In this document: one piece after another, positions 37,954 to 49,879 of the stretch
How positions within the stretch are numbered: the first letter of the stretch is position 1
Layout of the letters: each line of letters begins with the position of its first letter
Assembly: GCA_002331495.1 (NCBI GenBank)
Contig: DCYR01000007.1
Coordinates: 29,689-93,688 of the forward strand
Length of the DNA stretch: 64,000 nt
DNA from: Patescibacteria group bacterium UBA2105
Lineage (GTDB): Bacteria; Patescibacteriota; Minisyncoccia; Phycocordibacterales; UBA2100
Direction: 5' to 3'
Notes under the pieces: model-generated
What the model was told of the DNA's origin: nothing
The model's input: the letters and a program-made list of their open reading frames with translations, nothing else
The model's database searches: none
Translations under genes and position numbers: made by a program

Positions 37954-38004
37954 GACGTCTGAGTATAGGGGTATTTTACAAAATTAAAAGCCGCAGATGA
38001 GGCA

Positions 38005-38200
38005 AAAAAGAAAGGCAGGAAATGTCCACACGTGAAAAATGCCAGTACAAGTACTGACATCTTTCAGTGGTGCTCATTTCCCGAGGGAAATGGACACCAT
38101 GGAATCCGGTTCCGAAGAACTGGATTCCATGGTGGCCACTTCTGATCCGAAGACCTGAAATAGTCACCAGTACGGCAATTAGCAAGCTAACTACCGTTTC
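38005..38200 (-). ncRNA. Candidate structured non-coding RNA of five abutting hairpins
   Basis: Five long stems with CUUG/UUCG/UUCG/CUCG/CUUG loops, G-U pairs on the minus strand, upstream sigma70-like promoter and downstream pyrimidine tract. Confidence 0.7.
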
Positions 38201-38203
38201 AGT

Positions 38204-38231
38204 AAGATAGCAAACCGCAAAAAAATGTCAA
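38204..38231 (-). promoter_or_regulatory. Sigma70-type promoter for the hairpin RNA
   Basis: TTGACA (38226-38231), 16-nt spacer, TATCTT (38204-38209); first hairpin starts 6 nt later. Confidence 0.65.
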
Positions 38232-38268
38232 CAACTAATTTATGCTATGCAATCAAATGCGCAATATG

Positions 38269-38499
38269 TCAAATCTGCTTGCCCAACTGCTCAAGTTCCT
38301 TACGGTATTTTTTGCTTACTTCCATCATGGCCGTCATCTGGTCTTTGCCGCCCTTAACGAGCTCCTGGGATTCTTTGGCTATCTTCATGAAAAGCTCCGG
38401 GTTTTTTTCCACCATGGCCCCAATCATTTCGGCCTGGTCCTTGGGGAGGTTTTTGAGCTGCGCCTTCATCAATTTTTTTACAAGGAAGTTTTTAAACAT
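38269..38499 (-). CDS. Small helical hypothetical protein
   Basis: MFKNFLVKKLMKAQLKNLPKDQ..KNPELFMKIA..GKDQM.AMMEV; Met/Lys-rich, 76 aa. Confidence 0.7.
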   Translation of the reverse strand: MFKNFLVKKLMKAQLKNLPKDQAEMIGAMVEKNPELFMKIAKESQELVKGGKDQMTAMMEVSKKYRKELEQLGKQI

Positions 38500-38617
38500 A
38501 ATGTATGTATCTATTATCGGCTGCTTAGCTTGGCATTGTATCGTAAATGAAGATTGAATCAACTAGTATTGACAGAAATATAATTTGGTGTTACAAATGC
38601 TCCACATTTAATAATGC

Positions 38618-40270
38618 ATGACTATGAGAAGTTTCTTTACGGCCGCAGGTATAAAGCTGCGAGCGTTCATATTTAGGTATTCGAACAAGCGTACTATTGC
38701 TGCTCTATTGGTAGTGATAGCTTTTTTGGCTTTTGGTGTTCTCAAGGCACTACTGTCAACAGAATCAGAGGAGGATTTGGGAATTGCACCGCGACAAGTA
38801 CAAGTTGCTCCGGCAGGGGCTCTGTCAGAGCTGGATTCAGTTTTTGAGTCTACCGGAGAAGTAAAGTCTCGTACACAAGGAGATCTACGTGTTCAAAGTG
38901 CCGGAATTGTGACGAACGTAAATTATCGTGTCGGACAGAAAGTCGAAGCCGGGACGATAATTGGGTCAGTAGAAAACGCTTCTCAACGGGCAGCAGTCGC
39001 TCAGGCCCAGGCTGGAGTAGCACAAGCCTTAGCTACTCGCAACAAGGTTGTTGGAGGAACTCGAGAAGAACAATTGGCGGTGCTCGCCACGAATACTCAA
39101 AGCGCTGAAAGATCTCTCATCGAGGCGTTAATCGCAACCAGGAATGCACTTCTTAGCATATATACAACAACTAACCGAGCCTTCACTGGTGGAGTAGATG
39201 TACTTTTTGACGATGCTGATGGAGCAAACCCGCAACTTTTATTTACCTCAACAAAAAACACCCAGCTACTGACTGCTGAGCATGAACGCCTTCTTTTGCA
39301 AAATATAATTGAACGCCATGTCGTGGCCTCGACACAGGTAAGCTATTACGACTCCACAAAGCTTCGCGAAGAAATGAATACAGTGGAAGAAGAGCTTCGT
39401 AAATTGAAGTCAATGCTCGACAGTCTTGTGGTAGCACTTGACGGCGCAGTCGCCGGAGGCCCAATAACAAATACATCCATTTCAACGTATAAGGCGATAG
39501 CAACTGAGGCGCAAGCCAGTGTACTTTCAGCTCTCACTACTCTTTCATCAACACGTGGTGTTCTCAACAACACCGAAGCTGCGCTTGTCGTGGCACAGAA
39601 AAATGAAGCTCAGGGGGTAAGGGGAGCCCAACAAGAAGACATAGATGCGGCGGAGGCGCAACTCTCCTCAGCAAAGGCGACTCTCGCACAGGCAGTGGCA
39701 CAGTTAGAGAAGACTCGGGTTCGGGCACCTGTCACGGGTGTCGTCACCATTCTAAACATTGAGCCGGGCGATTTTGTGACCTCCTTCCAAGATGTAGGGT
39801 TGGTAGCAAACAATGAATCTCTCGAGATACAAACGTACGTGTCTTCATCAGTTGTTGATCGCATTCGACTCGGAGGTTCGGTAACCGTGGGGGGAGCCTA
39901 CCCAGGAATTGTGACCAGTATTGCTCCTGGTGTAGACCCAGTGAAGCGACAGATTGAGGTTCGTGTGGCCCTTATCGAAGAAGGGACCCCAATGCTAAAC
40001 GGTACAAGAACCACTGTTGTATTTCTTGACTCGGGCGATGATAGGGCCATGGGTACGCTTCGTATTCCAATCTCGGCTTTAAAACTAGTAGGAGATTCGG
40101 CGTTTGTGTTTACCGTTGGACAAAACAGTACACTGGAGGCCCGCAGAGTGCAGCTTGGAAAAGTTATTCAATCAGCAGTCGAAATTCTTGCGGGTATTGA
40201 TCGCACAACCACAATCGTACTCGACTCTCGAGGACTCAACGACGGTGACAAAGTAGTCATCGCTAATTAG
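38618..40270 (+). CDS. RND efflux membrane-fusion (adaptor) protein with long coiled coil
   Basis: N-terminal TM, G.VT.V..GQ.V.AG lipoyl half-motif, RAPVTGVV, IPISAL. Confidence 0.9.
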   Translation: MTMRSFFTAAGIKLRAFIFRYSNKRTIAALLVVIAFLAFGVLKALLSTESEEDLGIAPRQVQVAPAGALSELDSVFESTGEVKSRTQGDLRVQSAGIVTNVNYRVGQKVEAGTIIGSVENASQRAAVAQAQAGVAQALATRNKVVGGTREEQLAVLATNTQSAERSLIEALIATRNALLSIYTTTNRAFTGGVDVLFDDADGANPQLLFTSTKNTQLLTAEHERLLLQNIIERHVVASTQVSYYDSTKLREEMNTVEEELRKLKSMLDSLVVALDGAVAGGPITNTSISTYKAIATEAQASVLSALTTLSSTRGVLNNTEAALVVAQKNEAQGVRGAQQEDIDAAEAQLSSAKATLAQAVAQLEKTRVRAPVTGVVTILNIEPGDFVTSFQDVGLVANNESLEIQTYVSSSVVDRIRLGGSVTVGGAYPGIVTSIAPGVDPVKRQIEVRVALIEEGTPMLNGTRTTVVFLDSGDDRAMGTLRIPISALKLVGDSAFVFTVGQNSTLEARRVQLGKVIQSAVEILAGIDRTTTIVLDSRGLNDGDKVVIAN

Positions 40271-40280
40271 TCGTTTGCGC

Positions 40281-43200
40281 ATGTACAATTTTTGGAGCTT
40301 CTTTACGATTCGCAGTAGGTTTGGGGTCATACTCATTCTGGCAATTCTCTTTCTCGGTACGATGTCAATTGTTGACATCCCAAAGGAGTCTGCCCCTGAG
40401 GTAGATGTTCCTATCGCGGTGGTCACAACTCTGCTGCCTGGGGCATCACCCGAGGATGTAGAAAAGCTTGCTACAAACGTTTTGGAGGAGCCGCTAAAAA
40501 ACAGCCTCGACAACGTGCGTAACATTACCTCCAGTTCGAGCGAAGGACTTTCAGTGATTACAGTCGAATTTGAAGCAAGTGCCGATATACCTAAATCAAT
40601 GCGGAGTGTTCGTGATGAGGTAGATGCTGCCAAAGGCGATCTACCTTCCGAAGCTATTGACCCTCGCGTTGTCGAGATTGACTTCGCATCTGATCCGGTG
40701 GTTACAGCGACTCTCTCTGCGGACATACCGAAGGAACTGCTGTATCAGATAGGAGAAGATGCCGCTGATGAACTTGAAGATATTCGCGGAGTCTCCTCGG
40801 TTTCAATCGGAGGTGTTGAGAAACGTGAGGTCAGTGTCATCATCGATCGAAGCGCCCTACCGCAGCACGGTCTTACCGTAAACGATGTAACGCGGGCGAT
40901 AACCGGCGCGAACATCGCGTTGCCTGTTGGGAGTATACAAATTGGAGATGTAGAGTTTCCAGTCCGTTTGGCAGGAGATATCGCGACTTCGGAGGAAATA
41001 GCTGACATACCTATAATTGGAATCAGCGGGGTTCCCGTATACGTACGCGACATCGCTACTGTTGTTGATGGGCGTGGAGAGTCAGCCACACTTAGTCGAA
41101 CAAGCGTCGACAACAAGCCCTCAATAAATTCCGTGTCGTTTGAAGTATTTAAGAGTTCAGGAGCGAAGATAACACAAGTAAGTTCCCGTGTGCGTGACCG
41201 CCTGGATGAGATGACAGCAACGGGGGGGATGCTAGAGGGTATGCAAGTGTACGTCATGTTCGATAGTGGCGAACAACTAAATGACGACCTCACCACCCTC
41301 ACTCGTAGCGGGATACAGACAATCGCGTTGGTGACAATAGTACTGATGTTTGCTGTTGGGTGGCGAGAGGCGCTTATCGCGGCTGTATCCATTCCACTTT
41401 CTTTTTTGACTGCTTTTGTCGGACTCAACTATTCGGGAAATACACTAAACTTTGTGAGCCTCTTCGCGCTCATACTCTCAATTGGAGTAATCGTTGACTC
41501 GACCATTGTTATCGTCGAGGGCATTAATCGCCGCTTGCGTATCCTTGAGTCACATGAAGGTGAGTCGCGCGATGAACGTGAAGAGGTCAAGTCACACGCA
41601 GCTCTTGATACTGTTAAAGAGTTTTATGTGCCGCTTACCGCTGGGACACTAACGACCGTTGCAGTATTCGCACCACTGTTTATGGTTTCAGGAATTACTG
41701 GAGAATTCATAAAAAGTATCCCGTTCACGATTATTTTTGTACTACTCTCCTCACTTCTCGTCGCACTTGGTTTTGTACCTCTATTTGCAACCAAATTGCT
41801 TCGACGTGGCACTACCACATTGAACAACTTTGCGCGCAAGCGGGACAAATTTGTAAGACGTGCCGAAAAGAAATATCGTGAATATTTAGTAGAGTTTCTT
41901 GCAAACCGAGAGTCAGCGAACACTCTTTTGATAACGCTGCTTGTTCTTTTTGTGATGTCCTTGTCGCTACCGATTATGGGCGCAGTGGGAGTGATCTTTT
42001 TTGAAGATTCAAATTCCGACTGGATGTTTGTAGAGATTGAACTCCCGACTGGGACAATTCTCGAACGAACAGACCTTGAGGCATACAAAGCTGAGGAGAT
42101 ATTGTATACAATCCCCGAAGCTACTTCGTTTGCCACAACTGTTGGACGCACCAGTGCCTTTGCGGACCCGTTTGCCGGAGCTTCTGGAAGCGCGCGCTTT
42201 GCAAACATATTTATTACGCTTGACGAAAATCGTAAACGAGAGACTACTGAAATAGTAGATGACATCCGTGAAAAAATGAAAGTCATCCAGTCAGCTACTA
42301 TTCGTGTCGATCAGCTCAGCGACGGGCCTCCATCCTTGGCACCCGTGACAATAACTCTTGCAGGCGAGAGTCTTGCCGATCTCGATCAGTCTTCCCTTTT
42401 GGTAGAGGACATTCTTGAGGAAATACCAGGTACAACTGATATAACCTCCAGTGTAAAGAACAATACCAATGAGATTGTACTCAACATTAACCGCGCAGAA
42501 GTTGTTGCTCAAGGTGTAAGCATTGCAGCTATTGCGAGCAACCTCCGTGCTGCACTCTACGGGGAAGAAGCTACTGAGATCAAGCAGCTTGGAGATGACA
42601 TAGACATTGTTACCCGTCTTTCTCTCGACGGAGAGAATGGTGCAGACATTTTTGCGACAAATGCAACCACAATCGATGCACTCTCACAGATAGAAGTTGC
42701 CGCTCCCGGAGGTGACACACTGCCCCTGTCATCCTTTGTGACAGCTGAGGTTAAACCAAGTCGTGCAACCATAAGTCACAAAGACGGCTCTCGTATAGCT
42801 ACAGTCTCCAGTCGTCTTACGCAAGAGGGTAACGCTCTTGAAGTATCTCGCGAATTTGAAAAGCGCATTGAAGCCGCGCCTATGCCAGAGGGTGTTGCGG
42901 TTTCAATCGGCGGAGAAAGTGAGGATATCGACCAGTCATTTCGCGATATGTTTACCGCCCTTGTTATCGGAGTAGTGAGTATGTTCGCGATTCTTGTGCT
43001 TCAGTTTAACTCATTCCGCTATGCACTCTATGTGCTCGCGATTGTCCCACTTTCTCTTATTGGAGTATTTTCCGGCTTGATGATTACCGGAAGTCCACTC
43101 TCGTTTCCATCAATCATGGGTTTCATTGCACTTTCAGGTATTGTGGTGAACAATTCCATTATCCTTGTTGACACCATAAATAACGAGCGTCGTCGTTACG

Positions 43201-43430
43201 GAGCCTCCAAAACAATTAATGAAATCGTTGCAGATGCCAGTGCCTCGCGCCTGCGCCCAGTCATTCTCACCGCGCTTACGACGGTAATCGGTATGGTCCC
43301 GCTTCTCTTTGCGGCTGCTTTGTGGGTGCCACTCGCCTACGCCATAATGTTTGGACTTGCGTTTGCAACGATTATTACCCTCTTACTTGTACCAAGCATT
43401 TATGCTCGTTGGCCAGGAACACTTCATTAG
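40281..43430 (+). CDS. RND efflux permease (AcrB/AcrD/AcrF family)
   Basis: PGASPEDVE, IGVIVDSTIVIVE, GIVVNNSIILVD, RLRPVILT. Confidence 0.95.
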   Translation: MYNFWSFFTIRSRFGVILILAILFLGTMSIVDIPKESAPEVDVPIAVVTTLLPGASPEDVEKLATNVLEEPLKNSLDNVRNITSSSSEGLSVITVEFEASADIPKSMRSVRDEVDAAKGDLPSEAIDPRVVEIDFASDPVVTATLSADIPKELLYQIGEDAADELEDIRGVSSVSIGGVEKREVSVIIDRSALPQHGLTVNDVTRAITGANIALPVGSIQIGDVEFPVRLAGDIATSEEIADIPIIGISGVPVYVRDIATVVDGRGESATLSRTSVDNKPSINSVSFEVFKSSGAKITQVSSRVRDRLDEMTATGGMLEGMQVYVMFDSGEQLNDDLTTLTRSGIQTIALVTIVLMFAVGWREALIAAVSIPLSFLTAFVGLNYSGNTLNFVSLFALILSIGVIVDSTIVIVEGINRRLRILESHEGESRDEREEVKSHAALDTVKEFYVPLTAGTLTTVAVFAPLFMVSGITGEFIKSIPFTIIFVLLSSLLVALGFVPLFATKLLRRGTTTLNNFARKRDKFVRRAEKKYREYLVEFLANRESANTLLITLLVLFVMSLSLPIMGAVGVIFFEDSNSDWMFVEIELPTGTILERTDLEAYKAEEILYTIPEATSFATTVGRTSAFADPFAGASGSARFANIFITLDENRKRETTEIVDDIREKMKVIQSATIRVDQLSDGPPSLAPVTITLAGESLADLDQSSLLVEDILEEIPGTTDITSSVKNNTNEIVLNINRAEVVAQGVSIAAIASNLRAALYGEEATEIKQLGDDIDIVTRLSLDGENGADIFATNATTIDALSQIEVAAPGGDTLPLSSFVTAEVKPSRATISHKDGSRIATVSSRLTQEGNALEVSREFEKRIEAAPMPEGVAVSIGGESEDIDQSFRDMFTALVIGVVSMFAILVLQFNSFRYALYVLAIVPLSLIGVFSGLMITGSPLSFPSIMGFIALSGIVVNNSIILVDTINNERRRYGASKTINEIVADASASRLRPVILTALTTVIGMVPLLFAAALWVPLAYAIMFGLAFATIITLLLVPSIYARWPGTLH

Positions 43431-44239
43431 TATTGTTTAACCCAAAACTTTAAGGGGCCAAACTGCTTATAGGTACCTACTTTAGTTCGATTTATCTCGA
43501 GTGCGAGGCCGCCGACGCCAAGTTTCTTTCCTACCTCGTGAGCGAGCGTGCGCATATAGGTACCAGCGCTTGCGGTGCAGGTTATGTCGAGCACCTGCAA
43601 TGGCTGCACATCAGTTTTGTGCCAAGCATTCCATGAATCGATCACTTCATGTCTGCGGAAGTCACGGCCAAGGCGCTTCGACTCATCGGTTACAATTGCG
43701 AGTGAATGAATTTTCTCTAGTGTTCGTTGTTTGAGCTTCTCTGGGGAAATGGTGCGCACGCCGTTAAGTTCAAGTTTGTATACTTCCCCTGTCGACTCCG
43801 GTACTTCAATCTCATCAAGTCGATCCTCCAGGAACCATTGAAAGAGAGGCTTGCCTCTAACAGGCTTCGAAGATATGACCGGGTACGGCCACTTGTAGGG
43901 GCCGACGAACTCCTCAAGCGGGACCTTCAGGTAGTCTTCTGGGAACGTACGGGTGTCTTTCTTGTATGTGAGTCTACCCAGTACATCGTGAGAATCGCTT
44001 GCTAGTCCGAGCACGATAGAGACCTCATACTCCTTATCTAGATTCCAGTATTTGTTGACGTCTTTGCATTCAGTTCCGGTAAGCACCAAAAGTTTTCCCT
44101 CTGCCATTGGGTCCAGTCGGCCAGCATAGGCCATCGGTATATGCTCGGGAAGTTCTTCTTCCTTTCGCGAGCGCTCTAAGGCTTGCAGAGGGGTTTCCCC
44201 TACTTCTTTTTTGAGTACGTAGACTCTGTCCGTATTCAT
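43427..44239 (-). CDS. truB: tRNA pseudouridine(55) synthase, short form
   Basis: K..GETP, YAGRLDPMAEG.L, KEYEV, SAGTYMRTLA. Confidence 0.85.
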   Translation of the reverse strand: MNTDRVYVLKKEVGETPLQALERSRKEEELPEHIPMAYAGRLDPMAEGKLLVLTGTECKDVNKYWNLDKEYEVSIVLGLASDSHDVLGRLTYKKDTRTFPEDYLKVPLEEFVGPYKWPYPVISSKPVRGKPLFQWFLEDRLDEIEVPESTGEVYKLELNGVRTISPEKLKQRTLEKIHSLAIVTDESKRLGRDFRRHEVIDSWNAWHKTDVQPLQVLDITCTASAGTYMRTLAHEVGKKLGVGGLALEINRTKVGTYKQFGPLKFWVKQY

Positions 44240-44544
44240 TTGTTTGCTAGTTCGCGCGCAAGTTCAACCACTGTCTCCATGTTGTCGTTGCGGGCAAGTT
44301 TATTCTTTTTAACGTAGTCGCACTTAGTGCATTTGTGCATCAAAATATAGTCGTTTCCACTCTGTACAACCTCAATAGGCTTCATTAATCCACCGCACGT
44401 TGCGGCTCTGTCCCCTGGGTTCACATCCACATGCTTACTCCAGAGACACTCCGGACAATGATTGGTATACCCGTCTCCTTCCACGTGAGCGTCACAATGC
44501 TCACAATCAAAGTCCTCAACTCTACGCTGGAATTCTTTGGCCAT
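44236..44544 (-). CDS. RNHCP-domain zinc-binding protein
   Basis: FDCEHC, YTNHCPECLWSKHVD..PGDRAA.CGGLM.P, HKCTKC. Confidence 0.88.
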   Translation of the reverse strand: MAKEFQRRVEDFDCEHCDAHVEGDGYTNHCPECLWSKHVDVNPGDRAATCGGLMKPIEVVQSGNDYILMHKCTKCDYVKKNKLARNDNMETVVELARELANK

Positions 44545-44621
44545 AATCTAGTGAAATGAGCGCCGTGAAGTTCGCCTAGCGAATTCATGGCCGAATGAAC
44601 GACGATTATATGAGAGCAATT

Positions 44622-44891
44622 TTAATTGCTGCTCTTATCACTAGAGCATAGCACCACAGCCTTGTTATCGGCAACTTCCAAAACCCCACCGTTAATGGGG
44701 AATTCTTTTTTCTCGCCGAGGGTTGTGGTCACTCGTAGTGTGCACGGGTCAAGTGGAGTTATGAATGGCTCGTGATTTGCGAGCACTGACATCTCCCCGC
44801 CAACTCCACGACAGTGTAGTTCGAACGCCTCACCATCAAAAATTGGCTCGGCAACTGTTACTATTCTCAATGTGAAAGGTTTTCGTGCCAT
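44622..44891 (-). CDS. atpC: ATP synthase epsilon subunit (N-terminal beta domain only)
   Basis: LRIVT, GEMSVLANHEPFIT.L, INGGVLEV; 89 aa; last gene of the atp operon. Confidence 0.88.
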   Translation of the reverse strand: MARKPFTLRIVTVAEPIFDGEAFELHCRGVGGEMSVLANHEPFITPLDPCTLRVTTTLGEKKEFPINGGVLEVADNKAVVLCSSDKSSN

Positions 44892-44904
44892 GATTCCGAT
44901 TTTT

Positions 44905-46980
<2,076 letters not shown>

Positions 46981-46984
46981 ACAA

Positions 46985-47902
46985 CTACTTCATGGCTTCG
47001 ATGCCGCTGGTAATTTCACTAACCTCTCGGGTAATAACTGCCTGGCGAGCTTTGTTGAACTTCAACATAAGCTCGTGACTGAGCTCACCCGCTTTGTCAG
47101 TTGCGTTTTTCATGGCCACCATTCGTGCAGAGTGCTCAGACGCTTTTGATTCCAAGAGTGAGTGGTAGACAACAATATTTACAAGGGCAGGGATAATTGA
47201 TTCAAGAACAACCTCGGGTGATGGCTCAATTGTGTAGGCTGTGGCGGTTCGCCCATTATGTTCGGTGTCTGAATACTTTCCTGTCTCAGGCACAATAGCC
47301 TCCACAACTTCGTCCAATGCTCCTCGTGAGAGCGGCAAGATGCGACGAAGTACTGCTTCTTGCTCAAATGTTGATCTAAAGTTGGTGTATGCGACGTACC
47401 AGGCGCGCGTATCTCCATCTTCGTGCATTTTCACAACCATATCGGTGATCTCCCGCATGTCTTCCTCGCCCACGGAGTCACTTTTATTTTCTTGATATGA
47501 GAGAACTTCCAAGTCGCGACTACGAATGAATTCATGTCCGCGCCGGCCGATACACATGAATACTTTATCCCCATCTTTGTACTTGGGGTCACCCAAGAAA
47601 GCATCAACCTTCCTGAGAACCGCGCTGTTGAGCGAACCTGCAAGGCCTTTGTCGCTCGTCACGACAATGATTCCGTACTTTCCTTGCGTGCGCGGTTGCA
47701 TCATAAAATGGTTTTGTGTGTCCACACTCCCACTTAGGTTGCTCAAGATACGTAATGCGCCGGCAGCGTAGGCGCGGCCACCTAAGGCGCGCTCTTGAGC
47801 TTTACGCATTTTCACAGCAGAAACAGCCTCCATTGCTCGCGTTACTTTACGCGTTTTGTTGATAGATTCTCTCTTCGATTTTAGCTGCTTCAATCCGGCC
47901 AT
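46985..47902 (-). CDS. atpG: ATP synthase gamma subunit
   Basis: KVTRAMEAVSAVK, TSDKGLAG, ASEHSARM.AM..ATD, RQAVIT.E..EI. Confidence 0.98.
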   Translation of the reverse strand: MAGLKQLKSKRESINKTRKVTRAMEAVSAVKMRKAQERALGGRAYAAGALRILSNLSGSVDTQNHFMMQPRTQGKYGIIVVTSDKGLAGSLNSAVLRKVDAFLGDPKYKDGDKVFMCIGRRGHEFIRSRDLEVLSYQENKSDSVGEEDMREITDMVVKMHEDGDTRAWYVAYTNFRSTFEQEAVLRRILPLSRGALDEVVEAIVPETGKYSDTEHNGRTATAYTIEPSPEVVLESIIPALVNIVVYHSLLESKASEHSARMVAMKNATDKAGELSHELMLKFNKARQAVITREVSEITSGIEAMK

Positions 47903-47907
47903 ACTTT

Positions 47908-49482
47908 CTACTCTTCGTCTGTACTAAATAGATCCGTGTGCGTTTTCTTGAAGTCTTCCATTGCCGAGTCGATCTTCTCCGTTGTGGCGTCTTCAAGCTT
48001 TCCTGTGCTGTGAATCTCTTTAAGAACATCGCTGTGTTGACCGTCGATGTACTCAAGCCACTTGCCCTCTGCTGTCGTCACATCTTCAACCTTTATGCCA
48101 GCGAAGAGGCCGTTGATACCTGCGTAAATTGAGACGACTTGCTTCTCAAACGGCAAAGGTTCACCGTTGCGTTGCTTCAAGAGCTCGGCCATGCGGCGGC
48201 CAGAGTCAATTCGCTTTTTGGTAGCCTCGTCGAGGTCTTGTGCGAACTGCATGAATGCCTCGAGCTCGCGGAACTGCGCAAGCTCAATTCGAATTGAGCC
48301 ACCTACTGCTTTCATAGCTTTTGTCTGCGCACTTGAGCCCACACGTGAGACCGAGTTACCAACATCGATCGCTGGACGTGTTCCTTTGTTGAAGAGTCCT
48401 GCGTCGAGGAAGATTTGCCCATCGGTAATCGAGATAACGTTCGTCGGGATGTATGACGATACGTCACCTTCTTGGGTTTCAATAATTGGTAGCGCGGTAA
48501 GCGAGCCCCCGCCTTTCTCATCTGAGAGCTTTGCTGCGCGTTCAAGGAGACGTGAGTGTAGATAGAAAATGTCTCCAGGGTACGCCTCACGCCCTGGCGG
48601 CCTTCGGAGCAAGAGTGAGAGCTGGCGGTACGCAACAGCTTGTTTTGAGAGGTCATCGTAGATCACCAGTGCATCACGACCCCTATCCATGAAGTACTCA
48701 CCAATGGTGGCTCCAGAAAAAGGCGCAAGGAATTGCAGCGCAGCAGGCGCTGCGGCTGAAGCTGAGACGACCACAGTGTAGTCCATCGCTCCTGCTTCTT
48801 CGAGTTGGGCAACGATACGAGCAGTTTTAGATTCCTTTTGCCCAACAGCGACGTAGATACAGATCGGTCGCGTATCTTCAGGTTCGTTTTTTTGGTTGAG
48901 GATGGCGTCGATTGCCACGGTGGTCTTACCGGTAAATCGGTCACCGATAATGAGCTCGCGCTGTCCGCGGCCGATTGGCACCATGGCGTCAATCGCCTTA
49001 ATACCGGTGTGGATTGGAGTATCTACCGACTTTCGATCGATTACTCCGTACGCATCACGCTCAATTGGCGCGTAGGAATCAGATTCAATTGGCCCCTTGC
49101 CATCGAGTGGCTCAGCCAGGGTATTCACAACGCGGCCGAGGAGTGACTCTCCAACTGGAATTGAAAGGACACGCCCGGTGGACTTCACCAACATCCCCTC
49201 CTGGACACGCTCTACATCACCAAGAACCACGGCCTTCACCGCGTCTTCTTCAAGGTTGAGCACCAATCCATACAGCGCCTCCTTTGAAGACATTGCTTCC
49301 TCAAGGCTCTTGTCTCCTGAATCGTCAAAGAGCACCATTTCGCTCATGACTGCGTTCTCAAGCCCCTCGATCTCGGCGACTCCATCTCCGACGCGCACCA
49401 CGCGCCCCACTTTTTCTAGGTCGGTTGTCGGTTCGAACTTCTCTATCTCTTTCTGTATTTTCTCAATTATTAACGTGTCCAT
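47908..49482 (-). CDS. atpA: ATP synthase alpha subunit
   Basis: [39 protein letters not shown]. Confidence 0.99.
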   Translation of the reverse strand: MDTLIIEKIQKEIEKFEPTTDLEKVGRVVRVGDGVAEIEGLENAVMSEMVLFDDSGDKSLEEAMSSKEALYGLVLNLEEDAVKAVVLGDVERVQEGMLVKSTGRVLSIPVGESLLGRVVNTLAEPLDGKGPIESDSYAPIERDAYGVIDRKSVDTPIHTGIKAIDAMVPIGRGQRELIIGDRFTGKTTVAIDAILNQKNEPEDTRPICIYVAVGQKESKTARIVAQLEEAGAMDYTVVVSASAAAPAALQFLAPFSGATIGEYFMDRGRDALVIYDDLSKQAVAYRQLSLLLRRPPGREAYPGDIFYLHSRLLERAAKLSDEKGGGSLTALPIIETQEGDVSSYIPTNVISITDGQIFLDAGLFNKGTRPAIDVGNSVSRVGSSAQTKAMKAVGGSIRIELAQFRELEAFMQFAQDLDEATKKRIDSGRRMAELLKQRNGEPLPFEKQVVSIYAGINGLFAGIKVEDVTTAEGKWLEYIDGQHSDVLKEIHSTGKLEDATTEKIDSAMEDFKKTHTDLFSTDEE

Positions 49483-49495
49483 ATGTTTTTTGCTT

Positions 49496-49879
49496 TTAAA
49501 GTGTTGTAACGCGTCGGTAGAGTTGTAGCAACGCGGTTTTGTAACTGGCGTCGACGAGTGTGTCGCCGTCGGTGTAACGCCACCCCCCTACGAGCCGTTC
49601 ATCTGTCTGGATTTCGACTTCAGGTACTGACCGCAAGTGGTTTCCCAACTCCTTCAGGGCCTTTTGAGAGTCGCTCTCCTTGGTGACAGTAAGCGTTGGT
49701 TTTTGCGCATACTCTCGTGCTTGTAGCCGCTCGAGTTCTCGCAAAATAGCAGGGAGAGCACGCATCTTGCCCTCTCTCTTGAGTACGGCCACTAGCTCAT
49801 CAACATGGGCCTCAGCTTCGCTGCTGTTGGCTGCGTTCTCAAGTGATCGCGATAGTGCGTGTGCATACTCAACGGGCAT
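49496..49879 (-). CDS. atpH: ATP synthase delta subunit (short)
   Basis: YAHAL at the N-terminus and [15 protein letters not shown] at the C-terminus; position in the operon. Confidence 0.85.
   Translation of the reverse strand: MPVEYAHALSRSLENAANSSEAEAHVDELVAVLKREGKMRALPAILRELERLQAREYAQKPTLTVTKESDSQKALKELGNHLRSVPEVEIQTDERLVGGWRYTDGDTLVDASYKTALLQLYRRVTTL

Noticed and set aside
38033-38197. Hairpin series read as a CRISPR array, retron msr-msd, tRNA cluster or the 69-aa ORF 37976-38185
   Set aside because: The units are not sequence repeats with spacers, no reverse transcriptase is nearby, and there is no T-loop or CCA pattern; near-total base pairing explains the sequence better than coding
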